This document shows positions 26,045 to 36,841 of a DNA stretch of 40,851 nt, one piece after another. The notes beneath the pieces were generated by a model. It did not search any database, had not been told where the DNA came from, and saw nothing but the letters and a program-made list of their open reading frames with translations. Position numbers and translations under genes: made by a program. Source of the DNA: Terriglobia bacterium (GTDB taxonomy: Bacteria; Acidobacteriota; Terriglobia; UBA7540). Position 1 is the stretch's first letter; each line of letters begins with the position of its first letter. The stretch lies in assembly GCA_050745285.1 (NCBI GenBank), contig JBOGJX010000301.1:1-40851 (forward strand), in the 5' to 3' direction.

Positions 26045-26350
26045 TTACACTGCGACGAGAATCTGGCTTCCCTCCACCTTCACCTCGTATCTGGCAACCT
26101 TCTTGGATGCATCGCCGCACTTTTCCCCCGTGCTCACGTTATATCGCCATCCGTGCCATGGGCAAGTCACTACGTCACCGTCGAGCTCCCCCTCACCCAG
26201 AGGTCCACCCCGATGGAGGCAAGTGTTATCGAGGGCGTAGATCGTGCCCTCCACGTTAAAAAGAGCCACGCACTTGCCGGTTGTTTCGATGGCTACACAG
26301 CTTCCCGGAGCAAGCTCAGACAAATCCACTACTCTCACGAAGTTCGCCAC
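26045..26350 (-). CDS. Rieske [2Fe-2S] ferredoxin
   Basis: CLH..GPL..G..CPWHGW; GTG start at 26350 with AGGAGG SD. Confidence 0.93.
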   Translation of the reverse strand: MANFVRVVDLSELAPGSCVAIETTGKCVALFNVEGTIYALDNTCLHRGGPLGEGELDGDVVTCPWHGWRYNVSTGEKCGDASKKVARYEVKVEGSQILVAV

Positions 26351-26472
26351 AACGCCTCCTGAGGTATGCAGGTTGTTTGAAAACGCCGAAGAACCTCCCT
26401 GCAACCCAATTATTATATCCGAGGTTTCGCACGGCGGCGGGTCTTGACCCGGATGGAACTACGTAGAAACCT

Positions 26473-27582
26473 TTAGCGTGTGTCCACGCTTGCTTCCGAG
26501 GAAGCTTTGCTTTCATTGTTTTCGAGATCGAGCGCTGTCACCCAGTAATTATATCGAGCGCCCGCGGCCACTGCGCTGTCAGTAAAGACGGGAGTGCGAA
26601 GTAATTGCTGATTAAGTCGTCGCGCAGGTTCGCCCGCCGCCTGACGGTAGACGTTGTAGCCCGCAATGTCCGGCTCGACATCTGGCTCCCAGATGAGTTC
26701 CACCGCTTTGCCCGTAAAAACCGCGGTCAGGCCCTGAGGGGCGGGCGGGGGAAATACCGGCCGGGGAGTTATTTCAACGGGGATGGAATCGGCGGTCTCC
26801 GCTGTATAACCGTCTAGTGAAAAGATCGCTCGCACCTTGTAGAGGTAAGTTGTTCCGAAGTGGAAATGAGTATCTCGATACACGGGCGAACGCGTCTGCC
26901 CAATCAGTGTGAAAGCACCGGGCTTGGCCTCCATACTACGGTAGACCCTATATCCCAATAATGCGTGTAGTGGAGTTCCGCTTAAACTTTGCTGGGGAGC
27001 GGACCATTGCAAAACGAGGGCTTGGGGCATCTGGACCACCTGCACACGATTGACCGGCGCCGCCACATCTAGAATCGCTGTTTGTGCGATGTTGGAAGGA
27101 TCGCTTCTCCTTGGGTGGCCGTGGAAGCCGCGAGTAAGCGTTACCACCATGAATGAGAATACTGACCCGGTGGATCGCGAAAACTCCTGAGGGGAAAGAT
27201 CGTCCTGGTAGGTGATTTCTCCGCCGCGCTCAATCCGGGCAAGGTTCTGGGGATTGAGGATGACCCAAGGTTTCGCCGCGGTGAAGGCTTTGGGCTGCAC
27301 CGCCCCCCGAGGCGCGACCTTGCGGAATATATCCACCGCGAGGGGTTTAGTCAGAGCGCGGCCATCGGCTGCGAGCTGCGGCGCGCGGAAGCGCAAGATC
27401 AACTCACGGCCCACCTGGACCACTGCCAAATCATTCACTTTTTGCGGTGTTTGAATGCGCGGCGGGCGAGGCGGCGCTTCGGCAGCACATCCCCCAAAAA
27501 AACAAAGGACCGGGAAAAACAACAGGAGAGCGGGCCGCTGAAGCCACGATGGCAATTCGTTGTCACTCGACGCCGGGCGCAT
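26473..27582 (-). CDS. Fibronectin type III domain lipoprotein
   Basis: FGGC lipobox followed by PPRPP; two Fn3-like repeats (GYRVYR, GYNVYR, NESKAS); start uncertain. Confidence 0.8.
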   Translation of the reverse strand: MRPASSDNELPSWLQRPALLLFFPVLCFFGGCAAEAPPRPPRIQTPQKVNDLAVVQVGRELILRFRAPQLAADGRALTKPLAVDIFRKVAPRGAVQPKAFTAAKPWVILNPQNLARIERGGEITYQDDLSPQEFSRSTGSVFSFMVVTLTRGFHGHPRRSDPSNIAQTAILDVAAPVNRVQVVQMPQALVLQWSAPQQSLSGTPLHALLGYRVYRSMEAKPGAFTLIGQTRSPVYRDTHFHFGTTYLYKVRAIFSLDGYTAETADSIPVEITPRPVFPPPAPQGLTAVFTGKAVELIWEPDVEPDIAGYNVYRQAAGEPARRLNQQLLRTPVFTDSAVAAGARYNYWVTALDLENNESKASSEASVDTR

Positions 27583-27669
27583 GGGTTGAAGGAATTTTAT
27601 CGGGAGGCGTAGGAAAAATGGCTGCATCTAAGGCATGCCACGGCGCGGCCCCCTACGATTCGTTTATGT

Positions 27670-27768
27670 GCGCAGAGTTTTGCTTTTAAAACTCTGCGGC
27701 TCTTACTCAACCGCTATTCAGTATCGCCACAAGCCGCAGGTCTTCCAAATCCCGGAACTCTGCGCTAC
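27670..27768. repeat. Inverted REP pair (GTAGCGCAGA family) downstream of hslU
   Basis: GCGCAGAGTTTTGCTTTTAAAACTCTGCGGC ... GCCGCAGGTC..GAACTCTGCGCTAC. Confidence 0.65.
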
Positions 27769-27812
27769 GTGCTTGTGCGTCTGGGGCGCCTGTGCAGCAA
27801 GATGCAGCGCAG

Positions 27813-29210
27813 CTACAAAATGTATCGGCTCAGATCCTGATTCTTGACAATGTCCGCCAATTGTTTCTGTACGTAGGCGATGTCGATCCGCACGGTTTTC
27901 TTCTTCAGGTCGGGCCCCTCAAAGGAAATCTCATCCAGGAGTTTTTCCATGATGGTGTGCAATCGGCGCGCGCCGATGTTTTCTGTTTGGTCGTTCACCA
28001 GGGCCGCGAACTTGGCAATTTCCTCCAAGGAGTCATCCGTGAAACTGAGCTTGATACCTTCGGTTTCAAGCAGAGCGATATACTGCTTAACCAGCGCGCT
28101 CTTTGGTTCCTTCAGAATGCGAATGAAGTCTTCAACGCTGAGCGGGTGCAATTCCACGCGGATCGGGAAGCGGCCTTGAAGCTCGGGGATCAGGTCCGAG
28201 GGCTTGCTGACGTGGAAGGCGCCGGCAGCGACAAAAAGAATATGATCCGTCCGGACCATCCCATAACGCGTGTTAACTGTGGTCCCCTCGACAATCGGCA
28301 GAATATCCCTCTGCACGCCCTCGCGGCTCACATCCGGACCGTGCCCCTGTTCGCGGCCGGCAATCTTATCGATCTCATCAATAAAAATAATCCCCGATTG
28401 CTCGGTGCGCTCGACCGCGGCCCGCGTGACTTGATCCATGTCAATCAACTTGTTTTCCTCTTCCTGGATCAGATAATCCATCGCCTCGCCGACGCGCATG
28501 CGGCGCTTCTTGGAGCGTTGGCCAAAGAGGCCCGGAAGAATGTCCTTGATGTTGATGTCCATCTCTTCAACACCTTGCGAGGAAACGATCTCGAAGGCCG
28601 GGAAGCTGCGCTCACGAACGTCTACTTCCACTTGCCGGTCATCGAGCTTTCCTTCGCGCAACTGGGCGCGCAGTTTTTCTCTGGTGCGATGTTGCGTTTC
28701 ACGCTGATGGTCGGCATCCTCGGGCGGGGCCAGGTCGGTTTTTAATACCGGCGCGGGCGGCAAAAGCAGGTCGAGAAGGCGCTCCTCGGCATTCTGCTCG
28801 GCCTTCTCGCTCACTTCGCTTACTTTCTCCTCGCGCACCATGTCGATCGAAATCTCGATGAGGTCGCGGATCATGGACTCCACATCACGGCCCACGTAGC
28901 CTACCTCGGTGAAGCGAGACGCTTCCACCTTGATGAAAGGGGAATTCGTCAGCCGCGCAAGACGGCGCGCGATTTCCGTTTTTCCGACGCCGGTGGGGCC
29001 GATCATAATGATGTTCTTGGGAAGGATTTCTTCCGCCAGGTCCTCGGGCAGTTTCTGCCGCCGCATGCGGTTCCGCAAGGCAATCGCCACCGAGCGCTTG
29101 GCGCTGGATTGCCCAACCACGTATTTATCCAACTCCGCCACAATCTGGCGAGGAGACATATCGTCAGTGGGCGCCGTCGTTTCAATATTTTCAGGCAAGT
29201 AGAAAACCAT
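27813..29210 (-). CDS. hslU: ATP-dependent protease ATPase subunit HslU
   Basis: [41 protein letters not shown]; start set at ATG 29210. Confidence 0.97.
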   Translation of the reverse strand: MVFYLPENIETTAPTDDMSPRQIVAELDKYVVGQSSAKRSVAIALRNRMRRQKLPEDLAEEILPKNIIMIGPTGVGKTEIARRLARLTNSPFIKVEASRFTEVGYVGRDVESMIRDLIEISIDMVREEKVSEVSEKAEQNAEERLLDLLLPPAPVLKTDLAPPEDADHQRETQHRTREKLRAQLREGKLDDRQVEVDVRERSFPAFEIVSSQGVEEMDINIKDILPGLFGQRSKKRRMRVGEAMDYLIQEEENKLIDMDQVTRAAVERTEQSGIIFIDEIDKIAGREQGHGPDVSREGVQRDILPIVEGTTVNTRYGMVRTDHILFVAAGAFHVSKPSDLIPELQGRFPIRVELHPLSVEDFIRILKEPKSALVKQYIALLETEGIKLSFTDDSLEEIAKFAALVNDQTENIGARRLHTIMEKLLDEISFEGPDLKKKTVRIDIAYVQKQLADIVKNQDLSRYIL

Positions 29211-29268
29211 ATCTGGCCAGATGTCAGGTAAGCACAGACTTGCGTCTTTCAGGTCTGCGGCTTTCGGA

Positions 29269-29407
29269 TAGCTATGGCACGATTTGCGTGCCATGGGTTT
29301 CCCGGTTTCGGATTTAGGACTATCGGCGATTCCTCTAAAATCCAAAATTCAAAAGGGGCGTTTGATGCGCAAAAAAAACCACGGCACACGAACCCTGCCG
29401 TGGCTAC
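29269..29407. repeat. Inverted REP pair (GTAGCCACGGCAC family)
   Basis: TAGCTATGGCACGATTTGCGTGCCATGG ... CCACGGCACACGAACCCTGCCGTGGCTAC; related pair at 35703-35780. Confidence 0.65.
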
Positions 29408-29518
29408 CCCTTCTCCGCCTACCGGCTGGAAGCCGGCCCAGACATCCCAGCATCCCTTTCTTCGCGACCACAATGGCCCAAGCTGAAGATCAGATCTTCC
29501 TAAGGGGCCGTGGGCGGA

Positions 29519-30061
29519 TTACAATTCCTCAATGGTGAGGTTTTCGTTGGTAAAAATGCAGATCTGGCCCGCAATGTGAAGGGCTTCCTCAACGATTGCT
29601 TTGGGCGCCAGAGTGGTATGTTTGGTCAGCGCCCGGGCGGCCGCCAATGCATAAGGGCCGCCGGAGCCGATGGCAACGATGCCGTCATCCGGCTCAATCA
29701 CATCCCCGTTCCCGCTCACAAGGTAAGTATTTTTCTCGTCGGCCACCAGGAGCAAAGCCTCGAGATGGCGCAGCGCCCGGTCCGTGCGCCAATCCTTTGC
29801 CAACTCGACGACAGCCCGGCTCAGGTTGCCGTGATACTCTTCCAGTTTCTGCTCAAAACGCGCGAAAAGGGAAAGCGCATCCGCTGTACTTCCGGCGAAG
29901 CCGGCAATTACTTTTTGATTGTAAAGGCGGCGGATCTTGCGGGCGTTCTGTTTCATCACGCTCTCGCCCATGGTAACTTGCCCGTCGCCGCCCATGGCGA
30001 GATGTCCTTCGCGGCGCACGCTGAGAATCGTCGTCGACCGCACACGCTGTCCCTGGATCAA
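29519..30061 (-). CDS. hslV: ATP-dependent protease peptidase subunit HslV
   Basis: [29 protein letters not shown] start with GGAGG SD. Confidence 0.96.
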   Translation of the reverse strand: MIQGQRVRSTTILSVRREGHLAMGGDGQVTMGESVMKQNARKIRRLYNQKVIAGFAGSTADALSLFARFEQKLEEYHGNLSRAVVELAKDWRTDRALRHLEALLLVADEKNTYLVSGNGDVIEPDDGIVAIGSGGPYALAAARALTKHTTLAPKAIVEEALHIAGQICIFTNENLTIEEL

Positions 30062-30078
30062 GTGACCTCCAAACAATT

Positions 30079-30087
30079 ATTATAGCA
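30079..30087 (-). promoter_or_regulatory. Extended -10 promoter element for hslVU
   Basis: Minus strand TG-C-TATAAT just upstream of the hslV SD. Confidence 0.5.
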
Positions 30088-30100
30088 GATAGGTGGGGTA

Positions 30101-30919
30101 CTAACGGCCCGGCTGGAAAAAGCCGGAAGGATACGTCTCATTGTACTGGACCTTGCTGCGGAAAGTCTCCGCAACGCGATCACCGTTCAAATAGCTGGTT
30201 AGATGCATGGCAGTTTGGATTCCCTGGACGGCTCGATAGTCGCTGTAGATGTCTGCGCGCTCGTTCCATTGATGAGTCTGCTGATCCAGTATGCGGTAGA
30301 CGATCCGCATGGGCAAATGAGTAGCGGTGCTGAGATAGAGCTTTACCTGCACTTGGCGCCCGTCAACCATGTCCACAATCTGCGCGGGAAAGTTGTCGAC
30401 AAAATCCTGCTTGCCCTTCTGGATCAGCATTCCCGGCTCGCGGACGCGAAGGCGTAGCAGATTCTCCAGGCTATACCGGTTCGCCAACTCCCAGGCCCGG
30501 ATTTCTTTGGGCGGTTGTTCGATCAGCCCGTAGCGGTCGAGCTCCCACCCCTGGCTGCCGTTATTGATCAGCGTCACGGCCTTGGACTTTTTGCTCAGCC
30601 CGTAAGAAAGGCGGCGCTTGGAAGGATACTCGGTGGCGCTCTGGTATTGAACGAAGCCTTTCATTACGTCATCGGCAATGGAAAAGGCTCGCCCGCTCGA
30701 ACTCATTGTTTTAAAGTCAATAAAAGCCGGGCCGCCCAACGCTTGAATGGACTGCTGCAGAAGCGCTTGAGCAGCGGGGTTGATTTGCGAAGGTGGCATC
30801 GAGCCATTCTGACCGGCCCACGAAGGCGTTAGGGCCGCAAGCGCCAGAAGCACGGATACGCTGCATGCAATGATGCTGCCAGACGTCCGTATGACACCCA
30901 ATCTGTTAAGAACGCGCAT
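30101..30919 (-). CDS. Exported beta-rich hypothetical protein (LolA-like fold possible)
   Basis: Signal peptide ending SWA; IQALGG and YSDYRAVQGI patterns. Confidence 0.65.
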   Translation of the reverse strand: MRVLNRLGVIRTSGSIIACSVSVLLALAALTPSWAGQNGSMPPSQINPAAQALLQQSIQALGGPAFIDFKTMSSSGRAFSIADDVMKGFVQYQSATEYPSKRRLSYGLSKKSKAVTLINNGSQGWELDRYGLIEQPPKEIRAWELANRYSLENLLRLRVREPGMLIQKGKQDFVDNFPAQIVDMVDGRQVQVKLYLSTATHLPMRIVYRILDQQTHQWNERADIYSDYRAVQGIQTAMHLTSYLNGDRVAETFRSKVQYNETYPSGFFQPGR

Positions 30920-31027
30920 ATTCCGGCGCAGCCGCCGATTCCTTCTCCGCAGGGGCGCGGCTGCCTGCTGCGTCCTTGGGCACGCCATGGCGTGCCCCTA
31001 TGGTTCGCGACGCACCTATTTTCAAGG

Positions 31028-31125
31028 CAGCTTGCTGAAAAAACCGATATGCCATGCTGAGCGGAGCGAAGCATCTGCTTGTAAATCAATGGAAAAAGCA
31101 GATTCTTCGCTGCGCTCAGCATGAC
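31028..31125. repeat. Partial MITE-type TIR plus inverted GTCATGCTGAGCG..GCGAAG REP pair
   Basis: CAGCTTGCTGAAAAAA then GCCATGCTGAGCGGAGCGAAGCATCTGC ... GCAGATTCTTCGCTGCGCTCAGCATGAC. Confidence 0.7.
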
Positions 31126-31241
31126 ATGTGCCTGAAATCTTCGCACCGTGACGAAAGGTTGGCTAAGTGAACAGTGTTAGGATTAGCCTCCGATTCCCTC
31201 TGGTAGGATGCCGTTCCTCATCTCGCGGTCTCTTTTACGTT

Positions 31242-32009
31242 CTATTCCTCGTCTGGCCGGAAACGCGAAACGATCTGCTCTCGAACCTGGCTGGAGAGGG
31301 AATCCACATCGTCCAGCGTCAATCCCAAGGTTGGGATGGCCGGATGGAACACAATTTCCACGGTTCCCGGCCGTACGTGTAAAGAGTCCGGCTTCAGGAC
31401 GGCCCGGCTTCCGCTAATTGTGACGGGCACTACCGGCACGCCCGATTTGACCGCAAGATAGAATGAGCCTCGTTTGAATGGTCCCATGCTTCCATCCTGA
31501 CGATTGCGGTGGCCTTCGGCGAAGAGCACCACCGGGCATCCGGCGCGGATACGTTCGGCGGCCTGGTCCAGGCTCTTCACGGCCTGGCGCGGGCGATCAC
31601 GCTCAACCGCAATATGTCCTGACCGCCAAAGGTGCCAACCAAGAAACGGAACGTCAAACAAAGAGCGCTTGGCCACAAACCGGAACTCAACCGGGAGGCA
31701 GACGAACAAAATCGGGATATCCATTGCGCTGGGGTGATTCGAGCAGAAAATGGCCGTCGTGTTTTTGGGAACGTTTTCCAGCCCCTCGATCTTCAGGTGG
31801 ATGCGGCTAGTGCCGAGGATCAGGCGCGACCACACGCGCGCGCACCCATGCTGCCAGCGGCCGCTGGAATCAAACAGGGATCCGATCAGGGAAGCTGCTC
31901 CGCATACGCAAGTGTAAAAATAAATCAGCAGGTCGGTGAAGAAGAGAGCGCGGAGCAGGCTGAAAAAGTTTCTTGCTCGCGTTCCTGTTGATTTTGAGCT
32001 GGCAATCAT
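31242..32009 (-). CDS. plsC: 1-acyl-sn-glycerol-3-phosphate acyltransferase
   Basis: NHPSAMD (NHxxxxD), FVAK, FAEGHR, FKRG motifs. Confidence 0.88.
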   Translation of the reverse strand: MIASSKSTGTRARNFFSLLRALFFTDLLIYFYTCVCGAASLIGSLFDSSGRWQHGCARVWSRLILGTSRIHLKIEGLENVPKNTTAIFCSNHPSAMDIPILFVCLPVEFRFVAKRSLFDVPFLGWHLWRSGHIAVERDRPRQAVKSLDQAAERIRAGCPVVLFAEGHRNRQDGSMGPFKRGSFYLAVKSGVPVVPVTISGSRAVLKPDSLHVRPGTVEIVFHPAIPTLGLTLDDVDSLSSQVREQIVSRFRPDEE

Positions 32010-32033
32010 CCGTGGGGTTGCTTATCGCGCCGG

Positions 32034-33389
32034 TCAAATGGGTTGTACGCTCACGGCGCCGGCGGGGCGGCGTTCGAGCGCCAGCACGCCGTCCCTGTGA
32101 GCCCGCAGAATGGCGCCAACAAGGAATAGAGATCCTGCAACCAGGATGACGTCTTCTTCCTCGCTGGCTTGGAAAGCCTCCTCCACCGCTCGCGGAGGAT
32201 CAGGATCAATCATCACCCGCTCCGGCTGCGTGCGCGCCCGCTTCAGGATTTCGTTCGGTGACGCCGCGCGCGTAACGGCGGGCCTTGTAAGGTAGACTTC
32301 GTGAGCGAGTGGAAACAATATCTCCGTGATCTCGTCAATCGCCTTGTCCCGCATGGAGGCGTATACCAGCCGCACACAGCGGCCGCTGAGCTGCTCTCGC
32401 ACGAAGCAGGCGAGCTCGCGTGCCGCGGCGGGATTATGCGCTCCATCCAGTAGCACAAGAGGGCGGCGATGGATCGTTTCAAGTCTTCCCGGCCACCGCG
32501 CCCGGCCCAAGCCTTCCTCAATCGTGCGAAGAGGAATCGGGAGGCCTTGCCGCTGAAGTAACTGCGCCGCCGCAACGGCCGCGATCGCGTTCTTCACCTG
32601 GAAACCTCCGGCAAGCGCCGGTGCGAGCGCAGAATAGTGGCTGCTGTCTAACTCAAGGTCAAATGAAAAATTTCCATCATGCGCTCTTCTATTTGACACG
32701 TGCGCCACGCGGGGCAAATCCAACAATTCCGAGTTAAGCTCCCGGCAGCGGCGCCGGATGACTTCCGCCGGCCCTTCGATCTCGCAGCCCGAGACCACAG
32801 GGCAGCCAGGCCTGATCACGCCAGCCTTTTCGAATGCAATCGCTTCGAGGGTCCCGCCTAGGAATTGTTCGTGATCGAGCGCGACGTTGGTGATCACCGA
32901 AACGAGCGGCTCCGTGACGTTGGTTGCATCGAGCCTGCCTCCCATGCCAACTTCGAGCACGGCGATCTCCACCTGCACACGAGCAAAATGCAGAAACGCG
33001 GTGGCGGTGAGATACTCGAAGTAACTTGGGTGGCGTACCAACTCACCGCGCCCGGCGAGCTCCATGGCAGCCTGGTGAACCCTGGTGAAGGCGGCGGCAA
33101 AATCATCGTCGGAGATATCCTGGCCTGACACGCGGATCCTTTCATTCACTCGGACCAGGTGAGGCGAGGTGTAAAGGCCTATGCGAAGGCCAGCCCGTTC
33201 CAGAATTGCTGCCAGCATGGAGCAGGTAGACCCTTTGCCATTGGTTCCGGCTACAATGACCGAACTCACCTTGAGATGGGGATTGCCGAGCGCGGCCAGC
33301 ACGCTCCGGGTGGTCTCAAGATCAAACTTGACGCCCCTCAACTCCTGGCCAAGCTCCGTAAGCTGATTGATGCAAGCGGCATAGTTCAT
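32034..33389 (-). CDS. folC: Folylpolyglutamate/dihydrofolate synthase
   Basis: AGTNGKGS, YTSPHL, EVGMGGRLDATN, DGAHN, AGSLFLVG. Confidence 0.96.
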   Translation of the reverse strand: MNYAACINQLTELGQELRGVKFDLETTRSVLAALGNPHLKVSSVIVAGTNGKGSTCSMLAAILERAGLRIGLYTSPHLVRVNERIRVSGQDISDDDFAAAFTRVHQAAMELAGRGELVRHPSYFEYLTATAFLHFARVQVEIAVLEVGMGGRLDATNVTEPLVSVITNVALDHEQFLGGTLEAIAFEKAGVIRPGCPVVSGCEIEGPAEVIRRRCRELNSELLDLPRVAHVSNRRAHDGNFSFDLELDSSHYSALAPALAGGFQVKNAIAAVAAAQLLQRQGLPIPLRTIEEGLGRARWPGRLETIHRRPLVLLDGAHNPAAARELACFVREQLSGRCVRLVYASMRDKAIDEITEILFPLAHEVYLTRPAVTRAASPNEILKRARTQPERVMIDPDPPRAVEEAFQASEEEDVILVAGSLFLVGAILRAHRDGVLALERRPAGAVSVQPI

Positions 33390-33510
33390 GTGCTTTGGCC
33401 CAGAGGATGCGCGGCGCACCGCTTGGGAATGACGTAAGGGCGCTGCTGACGGGAAGCACTGCTTCCCCCGCGCCCGGGGGCACGCCTTGGCGTGCCTCTA
33501 CGAACTCCTT

Positions 33511-34368
33511 TTAATTGTCAGCCTCCGCTGGAGCCAGCAGACCCAGCACATGCCCGAGGTACGCACGCAGTTCTTTTCGCGGAACAATCGCATCCAGCAT
33601 CCCGTGCTCCAGCAGGAACTCAGACTGCTGGAAGCCTTCCGGAAGTTTCTGCCGGATGGTTTGCTCGATAACGCGAGGGCCGGCAAACCCAATGAGAGCA
33701 CCGGGCTCCGCGATATTCAAATCTCCCAGCATGGCAAAGCTGGCCGTGACGCCTCCGGTGGTGGGGTCCGTCAGGATGGAGAGATATGGTTGCCGAGCCT
33801 CTTCAAGCCGGGCCAGGGCCGCGCTGATCTTGGCCATTTGCATAAGGCTGATCACGCCTTCCATCATTCGCGCGCCGCCCGAGCACGAGACCACGATAAG
33901 CGGCATACGCCCCGCGATGCAGCGGTCAATGGCGCGGGCGATCTTTTCGCCCACCACGGCTCCCATGCTTCCCCCTATGAACCGGAATTCCATGGCGCAA
34001 ATGATGACCCTGCGGCCGTCGAGAATGCCTTCGCCGGTGATCAAGGCATCTTTGAGTCCTGTCTCTTTTTCTGCCTTTTTAAGGCGGTCGCGATAGGTCT
34101 TTGTGTCCTTGAAGTTAAGCGGGTCGGAGGACGCCAGGCCTGCGTCATGCTCTTCGTATTTTCCACCGTCGAACAGCATCTGCAGCCGGTCTCGCGCGGA
34201 CATCCGGAACGTGCGTCCGCATTTGGGGCAACAGTAGAGGTTCGCTTCGAGGTCTTTCTTCCAGAGCGTCTGCTTGCAATCGTCGCACTTGATCCACAAG
34301 CCCTCCGTCTGCACGCGCTTCTCCTTGGGAGCTTCGAGCGGTTGATTTTCGCGGCGAAACCAACTCAT
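33511..34368 (-). CDS. accD: Acetyl-CoA carboxylase carboxyltransferase beta subunit
   Basis: GLWIKC zinc finger, GGSMG, SGGARMMEG, PTTGGV, GFAGPRVI. Confidence 0.97.
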   Translation of the reverse strand: MSWFRRENQPLEAPKEKRVQTEGLWIKCDDCKQTLWKKDLEANLYCCPKCGRTFRMSARDRLQMLFDGGKYEEHDAGLASSDPLNFKDTKTYRDRLKKAEKETGLKDALITGEGILDGRRVIICAMEFRFIGGSMGAVVGEKIARAIDRCIAGRMPLIVVSCSGGARMMEGVISLMQMAKISAALARLEEARQPYLSILTDPTTGGVTASFAMLGDLNIAEPGALIGFAGPRVIEQTIRQKLPEGFQQSEFLLEHGMLDAIVPRKELRAYLGHVLGLLAPAEADN

Positions 34369-34463
34369 AGGGGAAATTGGTTCACTGCGTCATTTCTCCA
34401 TTGACTCATTGGCGTTTCCCATCAAACACCCAATGAACCATCGGCTCAATGACACAATGCCTT

Positions 34464-35015
34464 TCAGTATTCAATCCCGCGCTGGGCCAGTATACCCTTC
34501 TGATAAGGGTGTTTCACTTCGCGCATCTCGGTGACCAAGTCCGCCAATTCGACAATCGAAGGGTGGGCATTACGCCCGGTTAGGATGACGTGCACCATTT
34601 CCGGCTTATGGCGCAACGCTTGCGCGACGGCCTCCGGGTCGAGCATCTTATAGCTTATGGCGTAGTTGATCTCATCAAGAATAACCAAGTCATAGTTTCC
34701 GCCCGCAATCTTTTCGCTGGCAAACTTCCACGCCTCTTCGACCAGGTGGACGTCTTCAGGGTCCGGCTTCTCCGCGCCCACCTTCACGAAACCACGGCCC
34801 ATCGGCAGAATTTCCATCCGGCTGGCGCCAAGCATCTTGGCCGTGTCAAGCTCGCCATAATGCCATGAGCCTTTGATAAACTGCACCATGAGGACCTTCA
34901 TCCCTTGCCCCACGGCGCGAAACGCCGTCCCAAGAGCTGCCGTTGTCTTGCCTTTCCCAGGACCGGTGTGAACCATGATCAGTCCTTTTCTGGTTTCAGG
35001 CAACTCCGCCTCCAT
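34464..35015 (-). CDS. cobO: Cob(I)yrinic acid a,c-diamide adenosyltransferase
   Basis: TGPGKGKTTAA, QFIKG, ILDEI, LTGR, KHPY..G..AQRGIEY. Confidence 0.92.
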   Translation of the reverse strand: MEAELPETRKGLIMVHTGPGKGKTTAALGTAFRAVGQGMKVLMVQFIKGSWHYGELDTAKMLGASRMEILPMGRGFVKVGAEKPDPEDVHLVEEAWKFASEKIAGGNYDLVILDEINYAISYKMLDPEAVAQALRHKPEMVHVILTGRNAHPSIVELADLVTEMREVKHPYQKGILAQRGIEY

Positions 35016-35018
35016 CCC

Positions 35019-35142
35019 AACAGCTTGCTGAAAAACCCGCGTGAAGGGCGTAGCGGCGATTTTACATCGCCACAAGTCCAGAGTTCTTATGGCTCATTGG
35101 CGGCATAAAACCGCCTCTACACATTTTTCAGCAACCCGCTAA
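35019..35142. mobile_element. MITE-like element, same family as 988-1112
   Basis: AACAGCTTGCTGAAAAA ... TTTTTCAGCAACCCGCTA; inner GTAGCGGCGATTTTACATCGCCA / TGGCGGCATAAAACCGCCTCTAC. Confidence 0.72.
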
Positions 35143-35186
35143 ACGCATAGCAAGCAGCGCCATAACAAAACCGCCGTGAAACCTGG

Positions 35187-35651
35187 TTAACGCGGATAAG
35201 GATAACCCCGCTCGATGGTGAAGCTCCGATAAATTTGCTCCAGCAGTAACGTCCGAGCCCAGTCGCGGGTGAGGGTCATCCTGCTAAGCGCAAGCACCAT
35301 ATCCGCCTGATCGCGGAAAGCCTGTGAAAAACCCGCCGGCCCGCCCACCAGGAACGCCAACTCGCGGGTGCCGCGCAAGGCATTGGCGCTCATCCAGCGA
35401 GCCAACTCTGTCGAGGTCCAGTCCTGGCCGCGCTCATCGAGCACTACCTTCCGGCTGCCTGGCGTCTTTTTCAGGAGCCGCCGCTCAGCGGGCGTCATCT
35501 GGTCTTTCTTTCCCTTTCCCGCACCGGCGCGAGAGCGAATTTCCTCCATCTTGAGACCGGCGAAGTGGCGGATGCGCGCGGCATAGTCCGCCTGAAGAGC
35601 GCGAAGATGCTCGTCTTTCGTTTTCCCCTCGCAGATGATACGGATCTGCAT
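35187..35651 (-). CDS. rlmH: 23S rRNA pseudouridine(1915) N3-methyltransferase
   Basis: LDERG, FLVGGPAG, LSRMTL, LLEQIYR, YP; follows rsfS. Confidence 0.93.
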   Translation of the reverse strand: MQIRIICEGKTKDEHLRALQADYAARIRHFAGLKMEEIRSRAGAGKGKKDQMTPAERRLLKKTPGSRKVVLDERGQDWTSTELARWMSANALRGTRELAFLVGGPAGFSQAFRDQADMVLALSRMTLTRDWARTLLLEQIYRSFTIERGYPYPR

Positions 35652-35702
35652 AGCCTCGAGACGACAGGGCAAGAAGCCCTGCTTCATATCCAACTGGGAG
35701 AG

Positions 35703-35780
35703 GTGGCCACGGCACGGTTTATGTGCCGTGGGTGCTTGCGCGTCTAAATGCCCACGGCACAAACTTCGTGCCATGGCTAC
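35703..35780. repeat. Inverted REP pair (GTAGCCACGGCAC family)
   Basis: GTGGCCACGGCACGGTTTATGTGCCGTGGG ... CCCACGGCACAAACTTCGTGCCATGGCTAC. Confidence 0.7.
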
Positions 35781-35843
35781 ACCTGCTCGTGGCTACGTGC
35801 CTTATTTTGCGCTGCCCTCTTAGCTACTTTGCAGCGCCGCGCT

Positions 35844-36185
35844 TCAACCCGGAATTTCCACTCGGCGGGCGCTTTTCCAGAGTCTCTCGAGGTCGTAGAA
35901 GACGCGCGCCCGCTCCACAAAAATGTGTACAACGAAGTTGAGGTAGTCCACCAACACCCATTCTGCCTGGGGGTAACCCTCGATGTGCACGGGGGTTAAT
36001 CCGGACTTTTTGAGCTGCTCCACCACGCCGTCGCAAATCGACTGCGTGTGGCGCGTGGAAGTACCGGTGCAAATCAGAAAAAAGTCCGTAAAAGACGACA
36101 CTTCCTTCAGGTCAAGAAGCCTGACGTCGAAGGCCTTCCGCTCTTGCGCGGCGCACACCGCCTCATGAAGTTCCAGCGTCATCAC
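35844..36185 (-). CDS. rsfS: Ribosome silencing factor
   Basis: DFFLICTG, WVLVDY, VVHIF, FYDLERLW. Confidence 0.95.
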   Translation of the reverse strand: MMTLELHEAVCAAQERKAFDVRLLDLKEVSSFTDFFLICTGTSTRHTQSICDGVVEQLKKSGLTPVHIEGYPQAEWVLVDYLNFVVHIFVERARVFYDLERLWKSARRVEIPG

Positions 36186-36841
36186 CGGGGCTCCTCGTTC
36201 GTTTTATAAATTTCTTCTTTCATGATGTATTCTTCCACAAGCCGTGGAATAAGACCAGTCACCGCGCGCCCTTCGCCGATGGACCGGCGAAGGGCGCTCG
36301 ATGAGACCGGCGCATTAACGCCGGTTAGAAGATGGATGCGCGTATGCCGCAGCGGGAGCGTCGTGCCCTTCCCATGCCGGGATTGTCCTTTCAGCATGTG
36401 CCGTGGAATTACATGGATGATCTCATGCCATTCAAAGCCAGGCCGCGAGACCACGATGAAGTCCGCCGTGTCCAGCAACCGGTTGGGTTGCTTCCACTGC
36501 GGGATATCCAGGAAAGCATCGAGCCCGGTCAGAAAAAAGAGATGGTCGTCTTCTCCCAACGCCCGCTTTACGCGGCGAAGGGTGTCGACAGAAAACTGCG
36601 GCCGTCCGTCCGGTGCTTCAAGCAGCGAGGGCACGAACCGCGGCTCCGCCGCACAGGCGAGGGATACCATGGCAAACCGGTGGCTAAATGGGGTCAATTG
36701 GCCGCGATGCTTGTGGGGCGGGTTGCCCGAGGGCACGAATAGGACGCGATCCAGACGGAACTTCCGCGTTGCGGCCCGCGCCGCCCGCAAATGGCCGTTA
36801 TGGATGGGGTCGAATGTCCCGCCAAAAAGCGCGATGTTCAC
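36182..36841 (-). CDS. nadD: Nicotinate-nucleotide adenylyltransferase
   Basis: [24 protein letters not shown] start overlapping the obg stop (GTGA). Confidence 0.95.
   Translation of the reverse strand: MNIALFGGTFDPIHNGHLRAARAATRKFRLDRVLFVPSGNPPHKHRGQLTPFSHRFAMVSLACAAEPRFVPSLLEAPDGRPQFSVDTLRRVKRALGEDDHLFFLTGLDAFLDIPQWKQPNRLLDTADFIVVSRPGFEWHEIIHVIPRHMLKGQSRHGKGTTLPLRHTRIHLLTGVNAPVSSSALRRSIGEGRAVTGLIPRLVEEYIMKEEIYKTNEEPR

Noticed and set aside
27792..28745. Long plus-strand ORFs opposite hslU (also opposite accD 33487-34404, nadD, obgE and the tail hub)
   Set aside because: Antisense shadow ORFs typical of GC-rich coding DNA, with no recognisable motifs
29211..29345. N-terminal extensions of the ORF calls for hslU, cobO, rlmH, the cement protein and the 30101 gene
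   Set aside because: The extensions run through intergenic REP/MITE DNA; downstream starts fit the family N-termini and, in some cases, an SD better
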